A DNA stretch of 63,777 nt from Oscillospiraceae bacterium. Lineage in GTDB: Bacteria; Bacillota; Clostridia; Oscillospirales; CAG-272. The notes below the pieces were generated by a model. The model did no database searches. It was not told the DNA's origin and saw nothing but the letters and a program-made list of their open reading frames with translations. The DNA lies in the NCBI GenBank assembly GCA_015065075.1, contig SVRA01000002.1:1-63777 (forward strand), read 5' to 3'. Shown piece after piece: positions 28,578 through 38,134 of the stretch. The stretch's first letter is position 1. Each line of letters starts with the position of its first letter. The position numbers were made by a program, and so were the translations under genes.

Positions 28578-28647
28578 GAGGCATAGTTTGAAGTGTTTGT
28601 ATTTTGCACTTTGACTCATAAAAAAATTTTTTTGGAGGATTTTCATC

Positions 28648-31374
28648 ATGAAAAGACTGATCGCAGTTCTTCTTGCTCTCGTGATGGTTTTCGCAGCAGT
28701 TGCTACTCTCGCAGCTTGCGATAACAAAAAGAACGACGGCAAAGAAGAAACAACTGTTGGCGGCGACGATACCACCAACAAGGGCGAAGACACAACTGTT
28801 GGCGGCGACGATACCACCAACAAGGGTGAAGACACAACTGTTGGCGGCGACGATACCACCAACAAGGGCGAAGACACAACTGTTGGCGGCGACGAAACCA
28901 CCAACAAGGGTGAAGAGACTACCACTCAGGGTGGAGAAGATGTAGAAGAAAAGATCGAATTCATCGCTCCTGCTCGTCCCTCTGACGCAGTTCTTCCTAC
29001 CGCTAAGGTAGGCGACTACACCTACAACAGCTACGCTATTTCTCTCGGTTCTAACTGGAACCCCCATGCATGGGAGACCAATGGTGACCAGTCCATTCTG
29101 AGCTACCTTACCTCTCCTTTCGTAACCATGGAGGCTCTTGACACCGAGGAAGGTCTCTACCAGTGGGTAGGCGAAATGGCAACCGCTATCAAGGACGTTA
29201 CTGCTCAGAAGCAGGACCTCCTTACCAAGTACAACGTAACTCTTCCTGAGGGCAAGACCGCTGAAGAGGTTAAGTCCGGTTACGTATTTGAGTTCACACT
29301 CAACCCCAACGCTAAGTGGGAAGACGGCACCATCATCAACGCTGATTCTTACATCTACTCTATGCAGCAGCTTCTTAACCCCAAGATGAAGAACTACAGA
29401 GCAAACCTCTACATTTCCGGAGAGTCTGCAATCGCGGGTGGTTTCGACTACTACTACTCTCTCGATGAGGGCTTCTATGTAGGCGTTGGTACCAAGTACG
29501 AGTCCAACCAGGCTGCAGTTGATGCAGGTGAAACTATCTACGTTGACATCTATGAGCTTTGGGGAACCAAGGGCTATAAGAACGAGGCTGGCGAGAATTG
29601 TCCTCAGTGGCTTCCTATGAACGATGATACCGTTTACTTCGCTGTTGACGCAGAGGGCAACAAGCTTCTTGACGAAGATGGCAATCCTGTAGACGAGATC
29701 TCCGCTAAGGATGCATACGAGTACTATCTCAGCGTCGATTACGGTCCTTATTTTGAAGTTGGCAAGGATCTTGCATACTGCCTCGCTCTCTACACCGCTA
29801 ACGATAATGTTGGCGCAAGCTGGGACGGCGTTGGTCTCATTAAGACCGGCGACTACAGCTTCATCTATGTTTGCGATACCGCAATCGACTTCAACTACTT
29901 CCTCACCTCTTGCACCGACACTTGGCTCGTTCACGAGGCTCTTTACGAGGCTGGTAAGAAGGAAGTTGGTGGCCTTATCGTTACCGACTACATGACCTCT
30001 CTTGCAACCTCTATCTCCTACGGTACCTACAAGATGACCGTATTTGAGGATGCTAAGCAGGTTGTTTACGTACAGAATGAGAACTGGTACGGCTTCGAGA
30101 AGACCGCTGACGGTAAGCTCGTTTCCTACACTCAGTTCACTGTTGACGGCAAGTACCTCCAGCAGTACATCACCACCAAGATCGTAATTGACGTTATGAC
30201 CGAGGAGGTTGCTAAGCAGAAGTTCCTTAAGGGTGAGCTTATGTCTTACTCTCCCACTGCTGCTGAGCTTAACGACTATAAGCTCTCCTCCAGACTCCAG
30301 GTTGTAGATGAGACCTACACTATGTCCTTCTTCTTCCACACCAACCTTGATAACCTCAAGGCTCTCGACAAGTCCGGTAAGAACCAGAACTCCGTAGTTC
30401 TTAGCAACTACAACTTCCGTAAGGCTATGTCCCTTGCAATTGATAGAGCAGACTTCGTAACCGCAACTCAGGCATGGACTCCTGCGTTCTCGCTTATGAA
30501 CCACCTCTATCACTACGATATTTACAATGATCCCGCTTCCTCTTACAGAAAGAGCGATGAGGCTATGCAGGCAATCGTTAACCTCTACGGCGTAGAGTAC
30601 GGCGAAGGCAAGCTCTATGAGACTCTTGAAGAGGCTCACGACTCCATTACCGGTTACAACCTCACCGAGGCTAAGGCTCTTATGAAGGCTGCTTGCGAGG
30701 AACTCGTAGAGGCAGGTCTCTACACCGCAGGTCAGAACATTAAGATTCAGATCGGTTGGGCAAAGGGCTCTCTCACTGAGGACGACACCAAGCAGTGCGA
30801 ACTCGTTCAGAAGTACCTCAATGCAGCTCTCGAGGGTAGCGGCTTCGGCACTATCACTCTTGAGCCTCTCGGTAACATCATTGACCGTTACGGCGACACC
30901 GCTGCAGGTCTTTATGCTATCGGTTACGGTGCATGGGGCGGCGCTGCGTTCTATCCCTTCAGAAACCTTCAGGTTTACACCGATCCTTCTCAGTACGACA
31001 TCAACGAGGCTGGTTGCTGGGATCCTACCACTGAGAAGCTTACTCTCACCGTTGAGGGCAAAGAGGTTACTATGACCTGGCAGGAATGGGGCAACTGCAT
31101 GATCGGTACCGGCGTATACGCTAACGCTGATAACAAGGTTAAACTTGCTATTACTGCTCGGCTTGAGGAGAAGTTCCTTGCAAAGTTCTACAGAATTCCT
31201 CTTGCAATCACTACCGTTTGCTCGCTCAGCTCCTACAAGATCGAGGACTACACCGATCAGTACAACATTATGTACGGCTTCGGCGGATTCCGTATCATGG
31301 ATTACAACTATAACGACGCTGATTGGGCTGCATACGTTGCATCTCAGCCGAACGGCGAGCTCAACTACAAGTAA
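28648..31374 (+). CDS. oversized ABC substrate-binding lipoprotein (family-5 / Opp-Dpp type by context)
   Basis: Signal peptide with lipobox LAA|C24, a 4x14-aa repeat linker, then an ~800-aa domain. It is the first gene of an operon with two Opp-type permeases and two Opp-type ATPases. Confidence 0.75.
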   Translation: MKRLIAVLLALVMVFAAVATLAACDNKKNDGKEETTVGGDDTTNKGEDTTVGGDDTTNKGEDTTVGGDDTTNKGEDTTVGGDETTNKGEETTTQGGEDVEEKIEFIAPARPSDAVLPTAKVGDYTYNSYAISLGSNWNPHAWETNGDQSILSYLTSPFVTMEALDTEEGLYQWVGEMATAIKDVTAQKQDLLTKYNVTLPEGKTAEEVKSGYVFEFTLNPNAKWEDGTIINADSYIYSMQQLLNPKMKNYRANLYISGESAIAGGFDYYYSLDEGFYVGVGTKYESNQAAVDAGETIYVDIYELWGTKGYKNEAGENCPQWLPMNDDTVYFAVDAEGNKLLDEDGNPVDEISAKDAYEYYLSVDYGPYFEVGKDLAYCLALYTANDNVGASWDGVGLIKTGDYSFIYVCDTAIDFNYFLTSCTDTWLVHEALYEAGKKEVGGLIVTDYMTSLATSISYGTYKMTVFEDAKQVVYVQNENWYGFEKTADGKLVSYTQFTVDGKYLQQYITTKIVIDVMTEEVAKQKFLKGELMSYSPTAAELNDYKLSSRLQVVDETYTMSFFFHTNLDNLKALDKSGKNQNSVVLSNYNFRKAMSLAIDRADFVTATQAWTPAFSLMNHLYHYDIYNDPASSYRKSDEAMQAIVNLYGVEYGEGKLYETLEEAHDSITGYNLTEAKALMKAACEELVEAGLYTAGQNIKIQIGWAKGSLTEDDTKQCELVQKYLNAALEGSGFGTITLEPLGNIIDRYGDTAAGLYAIGYGAWGGAAFYPFRNLQVYTDPSQYDINEAGCWDPTTEKLTLTVEGKEVTMTWQEWGNCMIGTGVYANADNKVKLAITARLEEKFLAKFYRIPLAITTVCSLSSYKIEDYTDQYNIMYGFGGFRIMDYNYNDADWAAYVASQPNGELNYK
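28744..28911 (+). repeat. in-frame 42-bp tandem repeat x4 (E[ED]TTVGGD[DE]TTNKG)
   Basis: Four near-identical 42-bp units are read directly from the DNA, with a degenerate fifth unit following. Confidence 0.95.
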
Positions 31375-31418
31375 TACTGTAAAGCAATAAATTTTAGCGA
31401 AATCTAAAAATGCGCAGG

Positions 31419-31449
31419 GTAATGGGAGGATTTATTCTCCCATTACTTT
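31419..31449 (+). terminator. terminator/attenuator hairpin after the SBP gene
   Basis: GTAATGGGAG-GATTTATT-CTCCCATTAC followed by TTTG. It lies inside the operon, so it probably gives partial termination or mRNA stabilisation. Confidence 0.55.
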
Positions 31450-31530
31450 GCAGTTTTGAGACCATGAAATTTGCGGCTTTTCAAGCAAATTTATGACCCA
31501 AGAATATAAAAATGTTAGCACATTGTTTAT

Positions 31531-31613
31531 AACCTTGGGAAAATCGCGTCAAAGCGCGGAGTATTTCGTCGGTGTGTCGGCGATGTCGGCTTTGGCTCGG
31601 TTTTCCCAAGGTT
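31531..31613 (+). repeat. 83-nt intercistronic element closed by a perfect 13-bp inverted repeat
   Basis: AACCTTGGGAAAA (31531-31543) pairs with TTTTCCCAAGGTT (31601-31613). Inside are a CGCG-TCAAAG-CGCG hairpin and 3x GTCGG. Confidence 0.7.
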
Positions 31614-31665
31614 AGGTTGCCCTTATGGGTAATCGGGAAGCCTAATTTTGAAAGGTTAATAAAAA

Positions 31666-32631
31666 ATGGTAAAGTATATTTTTAAAAGAATATTGCTGAT
31701 GATTGTGGCATTATTCTGTATCACCACAATTTGTTTCATGCTCATAAGAGCGTTGCCTATGACCCCTCCCGAGGGTCAGACCGAGGCTCAGAAGCAGCAG
31801 ATTGAAGATATATGGAATGCGCGCGGATACGATGAACCCTTGCTCGTTCAGTACGGAATATACCTCAAGGGAATATTCACCGAGTTTGACTTCGGTACGT
31901 CTTGGGTAATTAAAAAGACTGCGCCCGCATGGGATCTTCTTGCGGGAAGACTTCTTCCTACGGTTCTTGTAAACTTTTATTCGCTTATATTCGCAGTTCC
32001 GCTTGGAATACTTCTCGGTATCTATGCGGCAATTAAGAAGAATAAGTGGCAGGACCATCTCATAAGCGTTATGGTAATACTATTTGTATCGGTACCAAGC
32101 TACGTTTATGCGTTCTTGGTTCAGTATTTCTTGTATTTCAAGCTTGACTGGTTCCCGCCGGTCATTTCCTCACTTGCAGACGCGGGCGGAACTTGGTTCT
32201 CATGGACGATGTTCCACAGTATGATCCCCCCGATCCTTGCACTTTCGTTTGGTCAGATCGCGGGCTTGTGCCGTTTCACCAGAGCAGAGCTTACCGAAAC
32301 GCTGACCTCCGACTACATGCTCCTTGCGCGCACCAAGGGTCTCACTCGCTCGCAGGCAACCACTCGTCACGCGCTTAAGAACGCGATGGTTCCGATCCTT
32401 CCCTCCATTCTCGGTGGATTTATCGGAATTCTCGGCGGTTCGCTTATCATCGAGCAGATATTCTCCATCCCCGGCGTTGGTGCGCTTTATACTCAGTCAA
32501 TATTTGCCCGTGACTACGACGTATTTATGATGGACAGTATCTTCTACACCGCGATAGGTCTCTTGTCGGGTATTATAGTCGATATCAGCTACGGATTTAT
32601 CGATCCGAGAATCAGAATGGGAGAAAGATAA
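31666..32631 (+). CDS. ABC permease, OppB/DppB type
   Basis: 321 aa. The opening MVKYIFKRILLMIV is typical, with ~6 TM segments. Confidence 0.85.
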   Translation: MVKYIFKRILLMIVALFCITTICFMLIRALPMTPPEGQTEAQKQQIEDIWNARGYDEPLLVQYGIYLKGIFTEFDFGTSWVIKKTAPAWDLLAGRLLPTVLVNFYSLIFAVPLGILLGIYAAIKKNKWQDHLISVMVILFVSVPSYVYAFLVQYFLYFKLDWFPPVISSLADAGGTWFSWTMFHSMIPPILALSFGQIAGLCRFTRAELTETLTSDYMLLARTKGLTRSQATTRHALKNAMVPILPSILGGFIGILGGSLIIEQIFSIPGVGALYTQSIFARDYDVFMMDSIFYTAIGLLSGIIVDISYGFIDPRIRMGER

Positions 32632-32632
32632 T

Positions 32633-34261
32633 ATGGCAAAAGAAATTAATATTAACTTGATCCCTAAGGAAAAGCTTGCCTTGGCGAACTTGGGCGATCA
32701 TATAAAGGATCAAAAATTCGACGATAAACCAATAGGTTATTTTAAGGATGCTTGGCGTCGTTTCTGTAAGAATAAGGCATCAATCGTTGCGGCAATCATA
32801 ATTCTTATTATAGTTGTTTTCGCTATTGTTATGCCCTTTTTTGACAATGGCACGGGAACAAATTTTGACACTTATTACGCAAAAAAGACTTCCAGAAACT
32901 TCTTCCTTTCTCAATTTGGTATAGCTACCGGCGACGTTGAAAAGGATTATAACGAGCGCGCCTATATCAACGAGGTTGCAAAAGGCCTTGCTGCTACGGG
33001 AGATTGGGGTTCTGACAGAGAGAATAACCCTATAACTCTCGGTGCCGCATTGGATACGGAAAATGCTCTGCAGCCTATAACAAAGTTCAAGGAAATCAAA
33101 AAAACTCGTCAGGGCGAGGAGATAAACAATATTTACTACGCGATGGTAGATGAATATGTGTCCGTTGGTTTTATCTATAAGCAGGTTTCTTACGAAGAGC
33201 TTGAGAGGATGAAGGAATGGGAAGCGGACACCGGATATCAGCTTCTTTACCCTCTCATCGATACCAAAAGCGAATATTGCCTTGATCCCGATGATGCTAA
33301 CTGGTGGTATAAAACAGACTCCAGTGGAAATCCTGTCAACGTAGTAAAAAAAGGTACTAGGGAATTCCCCGTGAAAATCGAGTATGAAGACGTTGAAGAT
33401 ATCGTTCTTGAGGATAACTATCTTCGCTACACAAGCGGAGCAAAGAAGGGCCAGCTCAGATACGACAGACCTCAGGGTGGTGGAAGCACTGTCGAGACGG
33501 CTGAGTATCAGGTAAGAGTTCTTTATTACAACTATTATCGTTATACTCATGACAATGCTGAACCCGAGTTTCTGTTTGGAACTGACGTATCCGGATACGA
33601 TCTCGCGCAGCGTATCGCAATGGGTCTTCGCTTGTCCCTTTTGTTCTCCGTATGCATCTTCATCATTAACTTTATTCTCGGAGCTATGTACGGCGCGATT
33701 GAGGGCTACTACGGCGGAACCCCCGACCTTGTAATGGAGTTTATAGTATATATTCTTTCGGGAGTGCCGTTTATCGTCGTATCAACGCTGTTCCAGATAC
33801 ATTTGGCGGCTAAGGTCGGCGCTATCCCAAGCTTGTTGTTTGCTTTCGTAATGACGGGATGGATAGGCACGGCGGGTCTTGTAAGAACGCAGTTCTACAG
33901 ATTTAAGAATCAGGAATACGTTATGGCTGCAAGAACTCTTGGAGCTAAGGATAGCCGTATCATTTGGAAGCATATTTTCCCGAACACTCTCGGAACGATC
34001 ATTACCTCCTCGGTATTGGCGATCCCCGGAGTTATCTTCTCCGAATCTATGCTGACCTACCTCGGTATAGTAAACCTCAACTCGAGAACAAGCACCTCTT
34101 TGGGTACCGTTCTTGCACAGGCAGAGGGAACTTGGACTGAAAAACCGCACGTTATGCTCTTCCCCGCGTTGTTCATATCTCTCCTTATGATATGCTTCAA
34201 CCTGTTTGGTAACGGCTTGCGCGATGCGTTCAACCCATCACTCAGAGGAACGGAGGAATGA
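32633..34261 (+). CDS. ABC permease, OppC/DppC type with a ~270-aa extra loop after TM1
   Basis: 542 aa. The C-terminal ~250 aa is OppC-like, while residues ~75-340 are hydrophilic. The start lies 1 nt after the upstream stop. Confidence 0.8.
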   Translation: MAKEININLIPKEKLALANLGDHIKDQKFDDKPIGYFKDAWRRFCKNKASIVAAIIILIIVVFAIVMPFFDNGTGTNFDTYYAKKTSRNFFLSQFGIATGDVEKDYNERAYINEVAKGLAATGDWGSDRENNPITLGAALDTENALQPITKFKEIKKTRQGEEINNIYYAMVDEYVSVGFIYKQVSYEELERMKEWEADTGYQLLYPLIDTKSEYCLDPDDANWWYKTDSSGNPVNVVKKGTREFPVKIEYEDVEDIVLEDNYLRYTSGAKKGQLRYDRPQGGGSTVETAEYQVRVLYYNYYRYTHDNAEPEFLFGTDVSGYDLAQRIAMGLRLSLLFSVCIFIINFILGAMYGAIEGYYGGTPDLVMEFIVYILSGVPFIVVSTLFQIHLAAKVGAIPSLLFAFVMTGWIGTAGLVRTQFYRFKNQEYVMAARTLGAKDSRIIWKHIFPNTLGTIITSSVLAIPGVIFSESMLTYLGIVNLNSRTSTSLGTVLAQAEGTWTEKPHVMLFPALFISLLMICFNLFGNGLRDAFNPSLRGTEE

Positions 34262-34264
34262 TAA

Positions 34265-36466
34265 ATGGCTAACAATATCCTTGAAGTAAAAAACTTAAAA
34301 ATATCCTTCCGTACTAACAGTGGTACCGTTAAGGCGGTAAGAAATATTTCCTTTAATCTGGAAAAGGGAGAAACCCTTGCGATAGTTGGAGAGTCGGGCT
34401 CGGGTAAATCGGTTACATCCAAGGCGATCCTCGGAATTTTGGCAGGAAACTCCATAGTTGAGAGCGGTGAGATCCTTTACGACGGCCGTGACCTTCTTAA
34501 GATCTCAGAGGAAGACATGTGCAAGATCCGTGGAGATAAGATCTCTATGATCTTCCAGGATCCGCTTTCATCTCTTGACCCTATCGTCAAGATCGGAAAG
34601 CAGATCACCGAGGCAATGCTTCTTAAGAACAAGACTAACCGTAAGCGCGCAAGAAATGAGTTCAACTCTACGCTGAAGTGCCTTAAGGAAGCAATGATTG
34701 ACGCATCCGATAAGAGCCAGGCATCTGTAGCTTATATCTCCGAGATGATCAAGACGTTTGACGATTTCAATATTCTGGCAATACGTCTTGAAAACAAATA
34801 TAACGCTGCTCGTGCATACGCGGAGGAGCTCAAAGCCCAGCTTGAGCATTTCCTCTACATGTCGGAAAAGAAGCAGAAGCTTGACGTAAAGCGCGATCTT
34901 GGTGAATATATTCAGACACTCAAGAAAATTAAGAATGAATTCCTTACCGTAGATCACGACGAAAAGCTCGCAGAGTGCGTTGCTATTCTTGAAAAATGCA
35001 GAAAAGAATACAGAGTTCAGCCCGATGAACAGGGAAAACTCGCGACATATATTCTTTCGGACGAGCTCCGTGAGGTTCTCGCTACACTTTCGGGCACTTA
35101 TCTGGTAGAGATCCTTGAGCGCCCTGCTCCTAACTTCTTCCGTATAGGATACTACGTATACAAGAATCCCGGAGTTACTATCGATAAGAGTGATATCAAC
35201 GCGCTCAACGAAATGACCGTAAAGTATCTTGATGAAGACTTTATGATCAGATTTATCGAAAAAGAGACCGAGGCGATCAGATGCTCTGCCGAAAAATCTC
35301 TTCAGATCAAGAAAAAAGTTCTTGAGGATCTTGCGAAGGCGAAGGAATATTTCCTTACCACCGAGAATCTTGAGAAAAAGGCAACCGGAGAGGTCGTTGA
35401 AAATCTTTGTAAGACCGTTGCCGCTTCGATAGACAGACTTGAGTATAATAAGGATAATATTGCATATACCTTTACCTCGAGCTTGAGCTCCGCGGCTAAT
35501 AAGTATTTCATCTACGAAAAGCTTAATCCTAAGGAAGAAAAGCGTTATGCGCGTCAGAATGCAAGACGTGAGAAGCTTATAGCAAGGGGCAAAAAGATCG
35601 ATTGGAAGGTAGTTCCAAAGAACGTAAACGACCTCGAAGATCTTCGTGAAGCATGCGTTTCTGTAATAACCAGACTTGAAAATAAGTACAATGCCGATAT
35701 CGAAAACTTCGACAAGCGCGATTTTGACAAGATCGCGGTGGGACTTATAGATTATCTTAAGGCGCGCGCATCCGAGGTGGTATATACCATAACGAAGAGA
35801 ATGGCGAAGGAAAAGGCGATCAAGCTTATGGAAGAGGTTGGTATACCTGAGCCGAGAACCCGTTACAATCAGTACCCCTTCGAATTTTCGGGCGGTATGA
35901 GACAGAGAATCGTTATTGCAATCGCTCTTGTTGCAAATCCCGACATTCTTATATGCGACGAGCCCACTACTGCGCTTGACGTTACGATCCAGTCGCAGAT
36001 ATTGGAGCTCATCAATAAGATCAAGAAGGAAAGACAGCTTTCTATCATATTTATTACCCACGACCTTGGTGTCGTAGCTAATATGGCGGATAAGATAGGC
36101 GTTATGTACGCAGGTAAGATCGTAGAGTACGGTACGTCCGAGGACGTATTCTATTCTCCCGCGCATCCTTATACTTGGGCGCTGCTTTCGTCTATGCCCG
36201 ACCTTGATACGAACGAAAAGCTTGAGGCGATTCCGGGAACCCCCCCGAATATGATCTATCCTCCCGTTGGCGATGCCTTCGCGGAAAGAAATAAGTATGC
36301 ACTCAAGATCGATTTTGAGATGCAACCTCCCGTTTTCAAAATCTCCGACACTCACTCCGCATCGACGTGGTTGCTCCATCCCGATGCTCCCAAGGTTGAG
36401 ATGCCTAAGATCATAAGAGAGCGAATAGCAAGAATGAATTCCAAAGGAGGTAACGAAGATGTCTGA
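34265..36466 (+). CDS. ABC ATPase, OppD type, with a ~400-aa insertion
   Basis: Walker [10 protein letters not shown]-loop IFQDP, then ~400 aa of charged helical sequence before the signature SGGMRQR, Walker [13 protein letters not shown] and H-loop ITHD. Confidence 0.9.
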   Translation: MANNILEVKNLKISFRTNSGTVKAVRNISFNLEKGETLAIVGESGSGKSVTSKAILGILAGNSIVESGEILYDGRDLLKISEEDMCKIRGDKISMIFQDPLSSLDPIVKIGKQITEAMLLKNKTNRKRARNEFNSTLKCLKEAMIDASDKSQASVAYISEMIKTFDDFNILAIRLENKYNAARAYAEELKAQLEHFLYMSEKKQKLDVKRDLGEYIQTLKKIKNEFLTVDHDEKLAECVAILEKCRKEYRVQPDEQGKLATYILSDELREVLATLSGTYLVEILERPAPNFFRIGYYVYKNPGVTIDKSDINALNEMTVKYLDEDFMIRFIEKETEAIRCSAEKSLQIKKKVLEDLAKAKEYFLTTENLEKKATGEVVENLCKTVAASIDRLEYNKDNIAYTFTSSLSSAANKYFIYEKLNPKEEKRYARQNARREKLIARGKKIDWKVVPKNVNDLEDLREACVSVITRLENKYNADIENFDKRDFDKIAVGLIDYLKARASEVVYTITKRMAKEKAIKLMEEVGIPEPRTRYNQYPFEFSGGMRQRIVIAIALVANPDILICDEPTTALDVTIQSQILELINKIKKERQLSIIFITHDLGVVANMADKIGVMYAGKIVEYGTSEDVFYSPAHPYTWALLSSMPDLDTNEKLEAIPGTPPNMIYPPVGDAFAERNKYALKIDFEMQPPVFKISDTHSASTWLLHPDAPKVEMPKIIRERIARMNSKGGNEDV

Positions 36467-37598
36467 GAATAAATATCCCGAGATTCAGGCTGGTGAGGTT
36501 CTTCTTAAGGTTGAAGAGCTTTCTCAACACTTCGGTCCTCTGAAGGCGGTTGATAAGGTTTCCTTTGAGGTTAAGAAGGGTGAGGTCTTCGGACTTGTTG
36601 GAGAATCCGGATGCGGAAAGACCACCACGGGACGAACGATCATAAGACTCTACAACCCCACGGGCGGAAACGTATATTTTAAGGGTCAGCGCATCGGCGC
36701 GGGAACTCTTGGTTATAAGGAAGCTATGAGCAATGCTAAAAAGACGGCGGACGAAAAGATCGCTGAGCTTGAGGCAGACAGCGCAGCTAATCCTCAGAAC
36801 CAGGCAGAAAACAGTATAGCTATACAGAATATCAGCGACGAGCTCAAGAAAGAAATTGCCGAGCTCAAGATGGAAATGGCAAAGGCGAAGAGAGAAAACA
36901 AAAAGGTCGATAGAGATCTCGTTACCCAGATACAGATGATCTTCCAGGACCCTGTTGCATCTCTTAATCCCCGTATGACGGTCCGCGAAATAATTTCCGA
37001 GGGAATGGTCGTTAAGGGAATAAAGGATAAAGAATATATCGATGAGCAAGTATATGATGTTCTGGACAAGGTCGGACTTGTAAGAGAGCACGCGGGAAGA
37101 TATCCCCACGAGTTCTCCGGCGGACAGAAGCAGCGTATCGGCATTGCAAGATCCGTTGTTATGCGTCCCGAGATGATTATTGCGGACGAACCTGTTTCCG
37201 CACTTGACGTGTCGGTTCAGGCGCAGGTAATCAACCTTCTTAACGATCTTCGTGAAGAGCTTGGACTTACCATTCTCTTTATCGCACACGATTTGTCAGT
37301 AGTAAAATACTTCTCTGACCGAATCGGAGTTATGTATTTTGGAAAAATGGTCGAGCTTGCAGATGCGGATGAGCTTTTCCGCCATCCTATGCATCCCTAC
37401 ACTCGTTCTTTGCTGTCGGCAATACCGTTGCCCGACCCGAATTACGAAAAGACCAGAAGACGTATCACATACGAGCCCTTGCGCGACCACGATTATTCGG
37501 TAGAGCAGCCTAGCTTCAGAGAGGTCCTTCCCGGACATTTCGTGCTTTGCTCTGACTCTGAAGAAGAGAAGTACAGAAGAGAAAGCTCAGAGGGATAA
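36459..37598 (+). CDS. ABC ATPase, OppF type, with a ~65-aa insertion
   Basis: Walker A GESGCGKT, an extra coiled segment before the Q-loop IFQDP, signature SGGQKQR, Walker [13 protein letters not shown]. It overlaps the upstream gene by 8 nt (ATGTCTGA). Confidence 0.9.
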   Translation: MSENKYPEIQAGEVLLKVEELSQHFGPLKAVDKVSFEVKKGEVFGLVGESGCGKTTTGRTIIRLYNPTGGNVYFKGQRIGAGTLGYKEAMSNAKKTADEKIAELEADSAANPQNQAENSIAIQNISDELKKEIAELKMEMAKAKRENKKVDRDLVTQIQMIFQDPVASLNPRMTVREIISEGMVVKGIKDKEYIDEQVYDVLDKVGLVREHAGRYPHEFSGGQKQRIGIARSVVMRPEMIIADEPVSALDVSVQAQVINLLNDLREELGLTILFIAHDLSVVKYFSDRIGVMYFGKMVELADADELFRHPMHPYTRSLLSAIPLPDPNYEKTRRRITYEPLRDHDYSVEQPSFREVLPGHFVLCSDSEEEKYRRESSEG

Positions 37599-37601
37599 AA
37601 A

Positions 37602-38003
37602 GTGAAGAAAAAGCTGTTGCAGTATGGAATATGCGGAGCAATAGGAGCAGTCATAGCCGTTTTTATGATGGCTTTCAACGGATTGTTTCAGGTTTCCGAA
37701 GCGTCTGCGAAGGACGTTATGGCCATTGTCAGTGACGCGCTATTTCTTCCGGGAGCTTTGCTTGCTTCAATTGGTGTTCTTCTGTGGGTAGCCAAAGAGG
37801 GACTTTTCGATATGATAAGCTACGGTGTTCGTTGGGCGGCGCATTCGCTCGTGCCGGTTATCAAATTGGAAAGCCGAACCTTCTATGAATATAAAGTGGA
37901 GAAGGACAAAAAAAGACGTCCCGTTCCTTATTTTGTCATTATAGTAGGATTGGTATATATCGCTTTGGCGATAGTTGCAATCATTATTAGTGCAAATCTG
38001 TAA
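37602..38003 (+). CDS. small membrane protein (DUF3899-like)
   Basis: 133 aa with a GTG start 3 nt after the OppF-type stop, 3-4 TM segments and the motif GLFDMISYGVR. Confidence 0.5.
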   Translation: MKKKLLQYGICGAIGAVIAVFMMAFNGLFQVSEASAKDVMAIVSDALFLPGALLASIGVLLWVAKEGLFDMISYGVRWAAHSLVPVIKLESRTFYEYKVEKDKKRRPVPYFVIIVGLVYIALAIVAIIISANL

Positions 38004-38009
38004 AAATAA

Positions 38010-38044
38010 AATCCGTAACGGTCAATAGCCGTTGCGGATTTTTG
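38010..38044 (+). terminator. rho-independent terminator of the ABC operon
   Basis: AATCCGTAACGG-TCAATAG-CCGTTGCGGATT + TTTT. Confidence 0.75.
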
Positions 38045-38057
38045 TTTGTATAATCAA

Positions 38058-38086
38058 TTGACAAAAGGGTATCTGCGTGGTATAAT
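38058..38086 (+). promoter_or_regulatory. sigma-A consensus promoter for paralog A
   Basis: Perfect TTGACA-N17-TATAAT with a TG extended -10. Confidence 0.6.
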
Positions 38087-38134
38087 TCAAGTGAGATTAA
38101 TTTCACCGTGCGGTGTAAAAACGGAGGATGAATA

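Noticed and set aside
28464-28925. Repetitive 'VVSSPP' peptides on the minus strand (28464-28925 and 48042-48425), and frame-shifted repeat ORFs on the plus strand (28700-28945 and 48170-48598).
   Set aside because: These are alternative-frame readings of the GGDDTT tandem repeats inside well-supported lipoprotein genes.
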